Shown here one piece after another: positions 1-7,846 of a DNA stretch of 46,647 bases (positions are counted from its first letter, which is position 1; every line of letters starts with the position of its first letter). The stretch is from positions 1-46,647 of the IMG/VR virus record IMGVR_UViG_3300045988_053844; one strand, 5' to 3'. Source of the DNA: a virus. Both the position numbers and the translations under genes were made by a program. The notes below the pieces were generated by a model. That model worked only from the letters and a program-made list of their open reading frames with translations, was not told the DNA's origin and did no database searches.

Positions 1-99
1 ATTTTTTTTGACTTGTTTTTTAGGCGCGGCGGCTATATAATGTAGATAAACAAGATTGGAGGGTAAAACATGAGCAAACAAGCAAGCCAAGCTATAAAG
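1..99 (+). repeat. Terminal direct repeat, left copy (assembly overlap / circular closure)
   Basis: 99 nt identical by eye to 46549-46647. Covers the promoter, RBS and first 10 codons of the 70-342 gene. Confidence 0.95.
8..41 (+). promoter_or_regulatory. Putative sigma-70-type promoter of the 70-342 HTH gene
   Basis: TTGACT 8-13 overlapping TTGTTT 13-18, a 17-nt spacer to TATAAT 36-41, then GGAGGG RBS 58-63 and ATG 70. Confidence 0.4.
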
Positions 100-342
100 T
101 ATGCGCTGGATAGCGCGCGGGTTAAGCGGTCGGCTCTGGCGGCTGCGCTAGGCGTGGCCAACGCACAAAGCATTAATGATAAGTTGAGCCGCGGCCGCTG
201 GTCAGCTGATGAGCTAGCGACGGCGGCGGAACTATGCGGATATAGCCTGGCCCTGGTTGACAAGGCCGGGCGCGTCGCTGTGTCTGTTCCGGCGTCAACG
301 CCGCCAGCAGATAGCGACGGCAGCCCCGCAGAGGGTAAATAA
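70..342 (+). CDS. Small helix-turn-helix DNA-binding protein (Cro/XRE-like), 90 aa
   Basis: GGAGGG RBS 6 nt upstream. The segment VKRSALAAALGVANAQSINDKLSRGRWSADEL looks like an HTH. G+C-rich codon usage unlike the virion genes. Followed by a hairpin terminator. Confidence 0.6.
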   Translation: MSKQASQAIKYALDSARVKRSALAAALGVANAQSINDKLSRGRWSADELATAAELCGYSLALVDKAGRVAVSVPASTPPADSDGSPAEGK

Positions 343-362
343 CAACATTATAAGAGGATAGC

Positions 363-410
363 AACGGCCGCACGCTGGCAGATGTTCAGCGGCGGCCGTT
401 CTTCTTTATT
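363..410 (+). terminator. Rho-independent terminator
   Basis: AACGGCCGCaCGCTG (363-377) pairs with CAGCGGCGGCCGTT (387-400), followed by the T-rich tail cttctttatt. Confidence 0.65.
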
Positions 411-463
411 CAGCAATATTTATAATAGATTGACAGCGTTCACAAAAATATAATAATGTATCA

Positions 464-495
464 TTGACTTAATAGCATTTTTTAGGGTATATAAT
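464..495 (+). promoter_or_regulatory. Candidate promoter
   Basis: TTGACT 464-469, an 18-nt spacer, then TATATAAT 488-495. The layout (TTGACTT...TTTTTTAGG...TATATAAT) resembles the nt 8-41 promoter. Confidence 0.35.
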
Positions 496-528
496 TCAAA
501 ACAAGATAATTAATATAATTTTATTGAT

Positions 529-560
529 GATTGACAGTTTTTATTTGTCAATCTTTTTTT
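529..560. repeat. Perfect 8-bp inverted repeat GATTGACA/TGTCAATC followed by a T7 run
   Basis: GATTGACA at 529-536 and TGTCAATC at 546-553, with a 9-nt loop, then ttttttt at 554-560. Either a weak terminator or a protein-binding palindrome. Confidence 0.4.
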
Positions 561-612
561 ATTGTTGGATTCTTGCAAATAAAGATTATTGATTGTATTT
601 ATATTATTGATG

Positions 613-641
613 TTTACAAAATCTGTTGTGATTGATATTAA
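613..641 (+). promoter_or_regulatory. Candidate promoter of the packaging/late operon
   Basis: TTTACA 613-618, a 17-nt spacer, TATTAA 636-641, about 40 nt upstream of the terS start. Confidence 0.35.
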
Positions 642-677
642 TAATATATTATATAGGTGTTGTAACAAAAGTGTGAT

Positions 678-1034
678 GTGATGTTTAAGATTAAAAGTTT
701 ATTAAGTAATACAAATACACCAACAAGAGGCAGACCTCCGGCAATAGCCACCCAGCCGCAGACGCTGGAAGAATGTGCGGCGCTGCTAAAGCAGCAGGGC
801 GCGGCTGTAGCCGTCCTGGCTGTGCAGGACCTGCAGGCCTATTGGTTAAAAATCATGACTGACGCCAAGGCCAGCAACAAGGATAAGCTAGCCGCGTCAA
901 AGCTGTATGCTGACAGTATAGGCGCGTTTGACAAGCAGACGCACGCTAGCAAGGGTCCGGCTGTGTATCATTGGGGCGCGGCAGATGATGCAATAGTTGT
1001 AAACGATTGTTCAGAAGATGCTACCAAAACATAA
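678..1034 (+). CDS. terS: Putative terminase small subunit, 118 aa
   Basis: Lies upstream of terL. N-terminal TRGRPP DNA-binding-like motif. C-terminal NKDKLAASKLYADSIGAFDKQ resembles the D-R-L-K-A-x-E-L-L-G-K-x-x-G-x-F motif recalled for small terminases. Confidence 0.55.
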   Translation: MMFKIKSLLSNTNTPTRGRPPAIATQPQTLEECAALLKQQGAAVAVLAVQDLQAYWLKIMTDAKASNKDKLAASKLYADSIGAFDKQTHASKGPAVYHWGAADDAIVVNDCSEDATKT

Positions 1035-1363
1035 ACATAGATAGTACTTTTAACATAATCCTTATTATCGGACGTAAAATATTATCCTGCTGCTGCTGAT
1101 TAGCTGGCGGTTCCAGATGTTGCGGCCGTTCCTGCGTGGCTCATGCGGCAGGCCTACCACGTTTTTGTTTTTGTTTGGTGGCTGGTTCTGGCTTTTGTTT
1201 GGCGGCGTTGGCGTTGATGATTTCCCTGGGTTTTCGCAAAATCTGAAATTGATTGTTGCCTTTCCCGCTGGCGTTGAGTGGGGGTGGGGCCCAAAAATTT
1301 CGCAGCCGCCGGGGGAGGTAAATACCAAAAATTACCAAAACGATTTTTTCAAGGGGGGTAAAC
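1035..1363. other. Unusually long (329 bp) apparently non-coding spacer between terS and terL with GT-rich short repeats
   Basis: Only low-complexity ORFs without RBSs are present. Contains ctgctgctgctg and gtttttgtttttgtttgg...cttttgtttggcggcgttggcgttg. Confidence 0.5.
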
Positions 1364-2719
1364 ATGGAAAACGTAATACAGATACCATATACTCCACGAC
1401 CTGCATGGGCGAAGGTGCTGCATAAGGAATTAAGCAGACACCGCTTTGCAGTAATCGTAGCACACCGCCGCTTTGGTAAGACCATCGGAATGGTGAATCA
1501 CCTTATAAGGGATGCTTTGCAGAGTGACTTAATCAGCCCGCAGTATGCTTTGGTAGGTCCGTTCAGTGCACAGATGGAAATTATTGCATGGGGACCATTG
1601 AAGTATTACACAAGCGTCATAGAGGGCATCAAGGTGAATGAAACTAAAAAGTATGTTGAATTCCCCAGTAAAGTACCTGGAGCGCAGGGAGCGAGAATAT
1701 ATATCGTTGGTGCGAATAACCCCGACGCATTACGTGGTACATATTGGGACGGCGTAATACTTGACGAGTATTCGGATATGAAGCCGGAGATGTGGACGCA
1801 GATAATCCGACCTGCAATAGAGAACGGCGACAGAAAAGGCTATTGCTATTTCATCGGTACACCCAAGGGGCAGAACAACTTCTATGAGATGTACAAGAAG
1901 GCCAAGACGAATAAGCGTTACTTTGCGTATTTGTCGAACGTGTACGATAGCGGCATCTTAGACGCAAAGAGCATAGAAGAACTGAAAGAGGATATGCCGG
2001 AGGTAGAATTCAGACAAGAGTATTTGTGTGACTTTAGCGTATCGGCAATCAACGAGCTTTTCAGCCTGGAGGAACTAGATAAGGCTTTCAGTAGAGAGCT
2101 GACAGAAAAGGATGTTCCCTATGATATGCCGCTGGTGCAAGGCGCTGATATAGCGCGCTTTGGCGATGACAGAACGTGTATATGGCAGCGTAAGGGGCTA
2201 ATGGTATATTCACGGCCGAGAGTATATAAGAAGTTGAATACGATGCAGACGGCAGATTATATTGCTTTGGCAATGGATGAAAATAAGGCAGATATGACCT
2301 TTATAGACGTTGGCAACATGGGTGCTGGCGTAGTCGACAGATTGAGGCAGATGGGGTACACGGCGCTAAGAGAGATACCGTTTCAAGGCGCAGCGATTGA
2401 GAATAAGCGATACGAGAATATCAGAGCGGAGATGTACTTCAAGCTAAAAGAGTGGATAGAGGCTGGCGGTGCTTTGCCGGAGGAACCGGGATTAAGAGAA
2501 GAACTTGCAGTCATTCACTATAAGTATTCTAAGAATGGGCGTTTAATGTTAACGCCTAAAGAAGAGATAAAAGAAAAGCTAGGACGTTCACCAGACCTTG
2601 CAGACGGCCTAGTATTAACATTTGCAAGGAACGTTCCGTTAAGACAGTTAGGGCTTGATGATAGAAAGCCTAAAAAGCTAATGTGCAACACGGAGTATTC
2701 GATTATGGAGGCGGTATAA
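1364..2719 (+). CDS. terL: Terminase large subunit, 451 aa
   Basis: Walker A-like AHRRFGKT and Walker B-like GVILDEY, with a C-terminal nuclease-like half (GADIARFGDD, FIDVGNMGAG). Sits immediately before the portal gene. Confidence 0.9.
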   Translation: MENVIQIPYTPRPAWAKVLHKELSRHRFAVIVAHRRFGKTIGMVNHLIRDALQSDLISPQYALVGPFSAQMEIIAWGPLKYYTSVIEGIKVNETKKYVEFPSKVPGAQGARIYIVGANNPDALRGTYWDGVILDEYSDMKPEMWTQIIRPAIENGDRKGYCYFIGTPKGQNNFYEMYKKAKTNKRYFAYLSNVYDSGILDAKSIEELKEDMPEVEFRQEYLCDFSVSAINELFSLEELDKAFSRELTEKDVPYDMPLVQGADIARFGDDRTCIWQRKGLMVYSRPRVYKKLNTMQTADYIALAMDENKADMTFIDVGNMGAGVVDRLRQMGYTALREIPFQGAAIENKRYENIRAEMYFKLKEWIEAGGALPEEPGLREELAVIHYKYSKNGRLMLTPKEEIKEKLGRSPDLADGLVLTFARNVPLRQLGLDDRKPKKLMCNTEYSIMEAV

Positions 2720-2720
2720 A

Positions 2721-2921
2721 ATGGGTGGTATTGCAAAATTATTCGGCGGCGGTAACACACCGACTATTGAAAAGGTGGACCCGGCACCGACTACCGTTGC
2801 GACAAGCAGCGAAGTTGCGACCGGCAGCGATAGTAACAAGAAGAAACGTAAAGGCTTTGCATCTACGCAGACAAGCACTATTGCTAGTGGCGGCGAAGGC
2901 GGCCGTAATACTTTAGGCTAA
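2721..2921 (+). CDS. Small Gly/Thr/Ser-rich protein, 66 aa, between terL and portal
   Basis: GGAGG RBS before the ATG, which follows the terL stop by 1 nt. Low-complexity but coherent sequence. Confidence 0.5.
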   Translation: MGGIAKLFGGGNTPTIEKVDPAPTTVATSSEVATGSDSNKKKRKGFASTQTSTIASGGEGGRNTLG

Positions 2922-2934
2922 GAGGTAACAGCTT

Positions 2935-4707
2935 ATGAACTTTCAAACGATAGCGGCGAGCAAGCCACAGGGAACACTTCCTAGTGACGGGGTGCCGCTG
3001 AAAAAGAACTTGCCGGACCGCCAGCGTTTGGTGCGTAAGCTCAAAAGCATGTACGAGGACAGGCGAGATTGGGAGGACAGATGGAAAGAGATAAGAGATT
3101 ATCAGCTTCCGTTTGTCGGAGAGTTTGACAACACGGCAGACAAGACCAATCCCGCGCGCAGACGTGACTTGAAGATTGTGCATGGCGTAGCTTGGAGAGC
3201 GGCACAGGTATTCGCTGCTGGCGTTATGAGCGGACTTACACCGCCGAGCCGCCAGTGGTTCAGATTTGCATATAGATGGCCGGAACTGAATACGAATGTT
3301 GAGGCTATGAAGGTGCTTGACACAAGACAAGAGATTGTATCAAGCGTGCTTGCAAAGAGCAACTTCTATAACAGCATCCATACTGTATATCTGGAATTGC
3401 CTTTTGGACAGTGCCCGATGGCTATATTCTACGACGCAGAAAACGGCGTGAGGTTTCAGACAATGACAATCGGTACTTATGCACTTGAAGCAGACGGCTT
3501 CGGCAAGGTAACTACTTTTGCAAGAAAGTACGATATGACTTTGCAGCAGCTAGCAGACTGCTTCGGCGTAGACGCTTTGCCCGACAATCTGAAAGGACTG
3601 TTAGACAATCAGACCAATCTTACTAAGAAGTATAAAGTCTGCTGGATGGTAGAGCCTAACAGTGATAAGCTGCCTGGCTACATGGACAGACTGAATATGC
3701 CGTATAGAAGCGTGTACTGGTTGGAAAAGTCAGAGAGTGACGAATACTTGTATGTTGGCGGCTTTGAAGAAGAAGCAGTACCGGTAGCGCGTTATCTTGT
3801 CAGCGGCAATGAGGCATACGCAAGAGGTCCTGCGTGGTTTGCAGAAGGCGACAGTAAAATGCTGCAACTGCTGAAAAAAGATTATCTCACAGCAATAGAG
3901 TTAAAGATAAAGCCGCCGATGCAAGGCAGTCCAAGCCTTATGAATAACGGCGGTATTAACTTGATGCCTGGCGGTCTAACAGCCGTAGATGACCAGACGC
4001 AAGATATGGTTAAGCCTTTGTTCGCGGTTGACCTTGACTTGAAGGACGCGCAGGAAGAAATTATTCGCGTTGAGGATGCTATAAAGAGAGCATACAGTGC
4101 TGATTTGTTCTTGATGTTAGATAACCTTGATAATAGCCGCATGACTGCTAGAGAGGTTATGGAGAGAACGCAGGAAAAACTGCAACAGCTAGGCCCGGTG
4201 GTTGAGCGATTGCAGGATGAATTCTTAACACTGATTCTTCAACGTGTATATAACATCATCGACAGAAGCGGTGGATTCCCACCGGTACCGGAAGAACTAC
4301 AAGACATTTTGAGTGAAGAGGATGTAGAAGTGGACTATATTTCACCTTTGGCGCAGGCGCAGAAGATGAGCGGACTTGTGAATATCGAACAGGCGATAGC
4401 ACAAACCGGACAGATGGCGCAAGTATGGCCAGAAGTTACGAAGAAGATTAACCCGTTGGGTGCTATTACAAAATACTTTGAAATGCTTGGCGTGCCTGCG
4501 ATGGCATTGCGCAGTGATGAGGAAGTACAAGAAATGCTCAAACAAGAGCAGCAGGAAATGCAACGGCAGCAGGAAATGCAGGAAGGCTTGGCAATGGCAC
4601 AGGCTGCGGCTCCTGCGGCAGAGGCGGCCAAAAATCTTACTGCGGCGGCGAATGATTCCAATCCGGCTATTACAAGCTGGCTAGGCGTGCCGGGAGGTTG
4701 GGAATAA
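2935..4707 (+). CDS. Portal (head-to-tail connector, podovirus type), 590 aa
   Basis: Size and position after terL. The N-terminus (RQRLVRKLKSMYEDRRDWEDRWKEIRDY) and the acidic/Q-rich C-terminal tail are typical of T7-type connectors as I recall them. Confidence 0.85.
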   Translation: MNFQTIAASKPQGTLPSDGVPLKKNLPDRQRLVRKLKSMYEDRRDWEDRWKEIRDYQLPFVGEFDNTADKTNPARRRDLKIVHGVAWRAAQVFAAGVMSGLTPPSRQWFRFAYRWPELNTNVEAMKVLDTRQEIVSSVLAKSNFYNSIHTVYLELPFGQCPMAIFYDAENGVRFQTMTIGTYALEADGFGKVTTFARKYDMTLQQLADCFGVDALPDNLKGLLDNQTNLTKKYKVCWMVEPNSDKLPGYMDRLNMPYRSVYWLEKSESDEYLYVGGFEEEAVPVARYLVSGNEAYARGPAWFAEGDSKMLQLLKKDYLTAIELKIKPPMQGSPSLMNNGGINLMPGGLTAVDDQTQDMVKPLFAVDLDLKDAQEEIIRVEDAIKRAYSADLFLMLDNLDNSRMTAREVMERTQEKLQQLGPVVERLQDEFLTLILQRVYNIIDRSGGFPPVPEELQDILSEEDVEVDYISPLAQAQKMSGLVNIEQAIAQTGQMAQVWPEVTKKINPLGAITKYFEMLGVPAMALRSDEEVQEMLKQEQQEMQRQQEMQEGLAMAQAAAPAAEAAKNLTAAANDSNPAITSWLGVPGGWE

Positions 4708-5084
4708 TGAGCGAGCAGTTTAAATATAAATCCAATACCGGCGATGATAGAAGGCAAGCACTGCTGACAGAGTACATGGTAAGAGAACAGGCAAGAAGGG
4801 ATAAAGAGGCCCTGCTTGACCTGCTGGGGAGCGAAAGCGGGCGCTGGTTTTTGATGCGTATGCTTGACGTAACCAAAGTAAACTCTATGTGCTTTACCGG
4901 CAACAGCAAGACTTTCTACAACGAAGGCCGCCGTGATGTAGGCTTAGGCATTATCAAAAGCATTTTAGCACTTGGGCTGCAAGGCATAGAGCTTAAACAG
5001 CAGGCTGAAATGGAGTATGCAGAATTCCAACTAAAGCTACAAGAGCTGGCAGTGGAATATGTAGATAATAACAAGGAGGAATAA
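4707..5084 (+). CDS. Bbp19-like small head-module protein, 125 aa
   Basis: ATG overlaps the portal TAA (TAATG). The motif FTGNSKTFYNEGRRDVG matches my recollection of the Bbp19 family from BPP-1-like podoviruses. Confidence 0.55.
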   Translation: MSEQFKYKSNTGDDRRQALLTEYMVREQARRDKEALLDLLGSESGRWFLMRMLDVTKVNSMCFTGNSKTFYNEGRRDVGLGIIKSILALGLQGIELKQQAEMEYAEFQLKLQELAVEYVDNNKEE

Positions 5085-5087
5085 CTA

Positions 5088-5759
5088 ATGGGCGAGAACG
5101 GCGAAAACACAGTTGTGAACGGCGAAGGCGCACAGCAGCAACCCGATACCGCAGCGCAACAGCAGCAAACAGAACCGACTACTAATGCAACTAATAATAC
5201 AAGTGCTTCCAGCACTATTGCAGGGAACGGAAGTAATGGGCAAGGCGCACAACAGCAGCCCGGCACAGTGAATTATGACTTTGCAGGAGTAGAAATGCCG
5301 GAAGGCTATGAGCTTAGTGCTGATGAGCAAGGACGCTTTGTAGATGTCATTAAAGGCATGAACCTTAGCAATGACCAGGCAAGAGCACTTGCAAAGTACG
5401 GCACAGAGTATGCAAGCCGTGTAGTGCAAGGCGTAGAACAGCTCCGTGCGCAAGAAATTGCTAAATGGGGTGACGAAGCTAAAACGGCACTGGGCGCAGA
5501 CTTGGGCAAAGTACAGGGCCTTTGCGATACTGCCTGCCGTAAATTGGAGGCAATGTATCCGGGCTTGAACGTGCGTGAAGCGTTAGAAATTACTGGCGCA
5601 GGCAATCAAATTGCTATCGTGAGAGCATTTGCGAAACTTGGCGAACTGCTTGGCGAGGACCCCGGCTTGGCTGCACAAAACGGCGCACAAGGCTTAAACG
5701 CTGCGCAAGGCATTGCAGCAAACATGTACCCGAAAACCGACTGGAGCAGGTACAAATAA
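5088..5759 (+). CDS. Putative scaffolding protein, 223 aa
   Basis: Strong AAGGAGG RBS. Lies between portal and capsid. Q/N/T-rich disordered N-terminus followed by a helical Ala/Leu-rich body. Confidence 0.6.
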   Translation: MGENGENTVVNGEGAQQQPDTAAQQQQTEPTTNATNNTSASSTIAGNGSNGQGAQQQPGTVNYDFAGVEMPEGYELSADEQGRFVDVIKGMNLSNDQARALAKYGTEYASRVVQGVEQLRAQEIAKWGDEAKTALGADLGKVQGLCDTACRKLEAMYPGLNVREALEITGAGNQIAIVRAFAKLGELLGEDPGLAAQNGAQGLNAAQGIAANMYPKTDWSRYK

Positions 5760-5801
5760 TTTATTAACTTTTAATTAAAAAACAGGAAGGATGATGAAAC
5801 T

Positions 5802-6803
5802 ATGGCTACTATTGGTTACTCCCAAACTATGAGTGACTTACGAAAGTATTTAACTCCGCAAGGCGCTATTGACCGCGTTATGGAAGTGCTTAACGAATCC
5901 AATCCTATTATGGAAGATATTCGCTGGATGGAAGGCGATTTGCCGATTGGTACTAAAACTACTATTCGTGCAAGCCTGCCTTCTCCGTCTATCCGCCGTA
6001 TTAACCGCGGTACTTCTCCGACTAAAGGCACTGTAAAGCAGCGCATTGATGTATGCATGCACTTGGAGGACCGTTCCTGCGTGGACGTTGAATTGCTTTC
6101 CGGCAAACCGAATCCGCAGGCTTTCCGTATGGCAGAGGACGATGCACACGTAGAAGGCATGGGCCAATACGTCGCACGTCAATTCTTGTACGGCAACTTG
6201 GACGAAGACCCGGACACTTTCAATGGTATTGCGGTACGCTACAATACTTTGACCGACGGCGGCAAAGGCACCCCAGGACACCAGGTAATTTCTGCTGGCA
6301 CTCCTGGTACTAACACTAATGCTTCTATCTACTTTGTAGACTGGGGCGACCGCCGTGTAATGGGTGTATATCCTAAAGGCACCCAGGCAGGCTTGAAGAC
6401 TGAGGACTTGGGCGAAAGTGATGTGTACGACGAGAACAACAAGCCGTTCCGTGCATTGCAGACCTTGTACTCTTGGAAGTGCGGCTTAGCGGTACAAAAT
6501 GTTCGTTCTATTGTGCGCGTGTGCAACATTGATGTCCAAAAGCTTAACTCTTTGACTGACAGTGCGCAACGTGAGCTGATGAATAAATTCATCTTCGCAA
6601 AGAACCGTCTGCAAGACCCGAAAGCGCCGGTTGCGTATGTATCTGACGGCGTATACTCTTGGCTGGAGTGCTATCTGAACAACAAAAACAATGTTCATGT
6701 TACCCGTCAAGACTTCATGGACGCACCGCCTAAACTGTACCTTGCAGGTATTCAGATTAAGAAACTTGACTGCCAAAGCGAAACCGAAGCGGCAGTACAA
6801 TAA
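5802..6803 (+). CDS. Major capsid protein, 333 aa
   Basis: Position after the scaffold, size, highly biased T-ending codon usage suggesting high expression, and a GGAAGGA RBS. Confidence 0.85.
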   Translation: MATIGYSQTMSDLRKYLTPQGAIDRVMEVLNESNPIMEDIRWMEGDLPIGTKTTIRASLPSPSIRRINRGTSPTKGTVKQRIDVCMHLEDRSCVDVELLSGKPNPQAFRMAEDDAHVEGMGQYVARQFLYGNLDEDPDTFNGIAVRYNTLTDGGKGTPGHQVISAGTPGTNTNASIYFVDWGDRRVMGVYPKGTQAGLKTEDLGESDVYDENNKPFRALQTLYSWKCGLAVQNVRSIVRVCNIDVQKLNSLTDSAQRELMNKFIFAKNRLQDPKAPVAYVSDGVYSWLECYLNNKNNVHVTRQDFMDAPPKLYLAGIQIKKLDCQSETEAAVQ

Positions 6804-6822
6804 CCGGAAGGAGTGAATAACA

Positions 6823-7173
6823 ATGATTTTTGACCAGCAAAATATGTACATGGACAATTCCTTGACCAGCAATGTAATTGCGAACGTTGGCGGCGGTGAT
6901 GCGGCCGACCCGTTGTTTCTTGTTATCACTGCGCCGACCGCCTTAGCTACTAGCGGCACTATCACTGCGGCGCTGGAAACTTCCGACAGCGAAAGCTTCG
7001 GCACTAAAACCGTTGTTGCGACTTATACCCTTGCTGCCAGCAAGAAGGGTGTCTTGGTTGCGGCAAAACTGCCGTATGGCATGAAGGCTTTTTCCAGACT
7101 GACTGTTACCGGCGCAAGCGGCGGCAAACTGACTGCTGGCTTGACTGAAACTGTTCCGAACTGGCCGGGCTGA
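6823..7173 (+). CDS. Capsid cement/decoration protein (Bbp16-like), 116 aa
   Basis: Immediately follows the MCP. Beta-rich Ala/Thr/Gly sequence ending in LTAGLTETVPNW, as recalled for the Bbp16 family. Followed by a terminator. Confidence 0.5.
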   Translation: MIFDQQNMYMDNSLTSNVIANVGGGDAADPLFLVITAPTALATSGTITAALETSDSESFGTKTVVATYTLAASKKGVLVAAKLPYGMKAFSRLTVTGASGGKLTAGLTETVPNWPG

Positions 7174-7184
7174 TTTAGTACTTT

Positions 7185-7214
7185 AAGGGGAGGGCGAAAG
7201 CTCTTCCCTTTTTT
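7185..7214 (+). terminator. Hairpin plus T-run after the capsid genes
   Basis: AAGGGGAG (7185-7192) pairs with CTCTTCCCTT (7201-7210) with a 2-nt bulge, then a tttttt tail. Confidence 0.45.
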
Positions 7215-7238
7215 AATAATCAAGGAGGAATAGTTAAA

Positions 7239-7844
7239 ATGCTTAACATTACCGATGTATGTAATATGGCGCTGGCTCATATCGCCAAAGGGCGTATAAG
7301 CAATATAGATGAGCAGTCGGAGTTGGCCAGACAGTGCAAACTGTTTTATGAGCCTACCCGCAAAGAGTTATTAAGAAGCTACACTTGGGGATTTGCAAAG
7401 CGCGTGAGCAAGCTTGCAGAACTTAGTATCGAATCTCCGTACTGGTCCCACGTTTACGCCTACCCCGAAAAGTGCCTTGCTGTGCGCAAGATATTTGACG
7501 CTGACACCGGCGCAATGATAAGGGCAGGCGAACAGCAGCAGGAAGAGTGGGACTTATATATGGCAAGTGACAACGTGCTTGGTATAGGCTGCAATATCCC
7601 TGCTGCGTGGCTTGAATATACCTATGATGTTGACGACGTGGAAATGTTTTCAAGTGATTTTTTGAGCGCGTTTACTCATATGTTGGCGTTTAATATCTGC
7701 GTACAACTGACCGGCAACAGCGGCTTGCAGCAGACGCAGTATCAGCTTGCAATGGCGGCATTACAGAAAGCGAAGTATACCACGGCAAGCGAAAAGAAAG
7801 AATTGCCGGACTATCCGAGCAAATATTTTGACGGGAGGGCGTAA
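7239..7844 (+). CDS. Head-tail adaptor / tail tubular protein A-like, 201 aa
   Basis: AAGGAGGA RBS. Position and size match T7 gp11 (first gene after the capsid, before the large nozzle protein). Confidence 0.45.
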   Translation: MLNITDVCNMALAHIAKGRISNIDEQSELARQCKLFYEPTRKELLRSYTWGFAKRVSKLAELSIESPYWSHVYAYPEKCLAVRKIFDADTGAMIRAGEQQQEEWDLYMASDNVLGIGCNIPAAWLEYTYDVDDVEMFSSDFLSAFTHMLAFNICVQLTGNSGLQQTQYQLAMAALQKAKYTTASEKKELPDYPSKYFDGRA

Positions 7845-7846
7845 TT

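Larger units (their letters stand above)
411..677 (+). promoter_or_regulatory. AT-rich non-coding region with repeated ATTGAY motifs upstream of terS (candidate late promoter and/or pac region)
   Basis: ATTGAC/ATTGAT at 429, 463, 523, 530, 588, 606 and 631, plus an inverted copy at 546-553. Very A+T-rich compared with both flanks. Several -35/-10-like pairs are present. Confidence 0.5.

Noticed and set aside
1065-1485. ORFs of 87, 102 and 114 aa in the terS-terL gap
   Set aside because: The translations are low-complexity (P/N/K-rich or G/F/W-rich) and lack RBSs. Two of the ORFs would overlap the well-supported terL start. The region is treated as non-coding.
4335-7004. Several 110-170-aa minus-strand ORFs inside the portal, scaffold and capsid genes
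   Set aside because: All are antisense to well-supported structural genes. They are Cys/Ser/Ala-rich shadows lacking RBSs.
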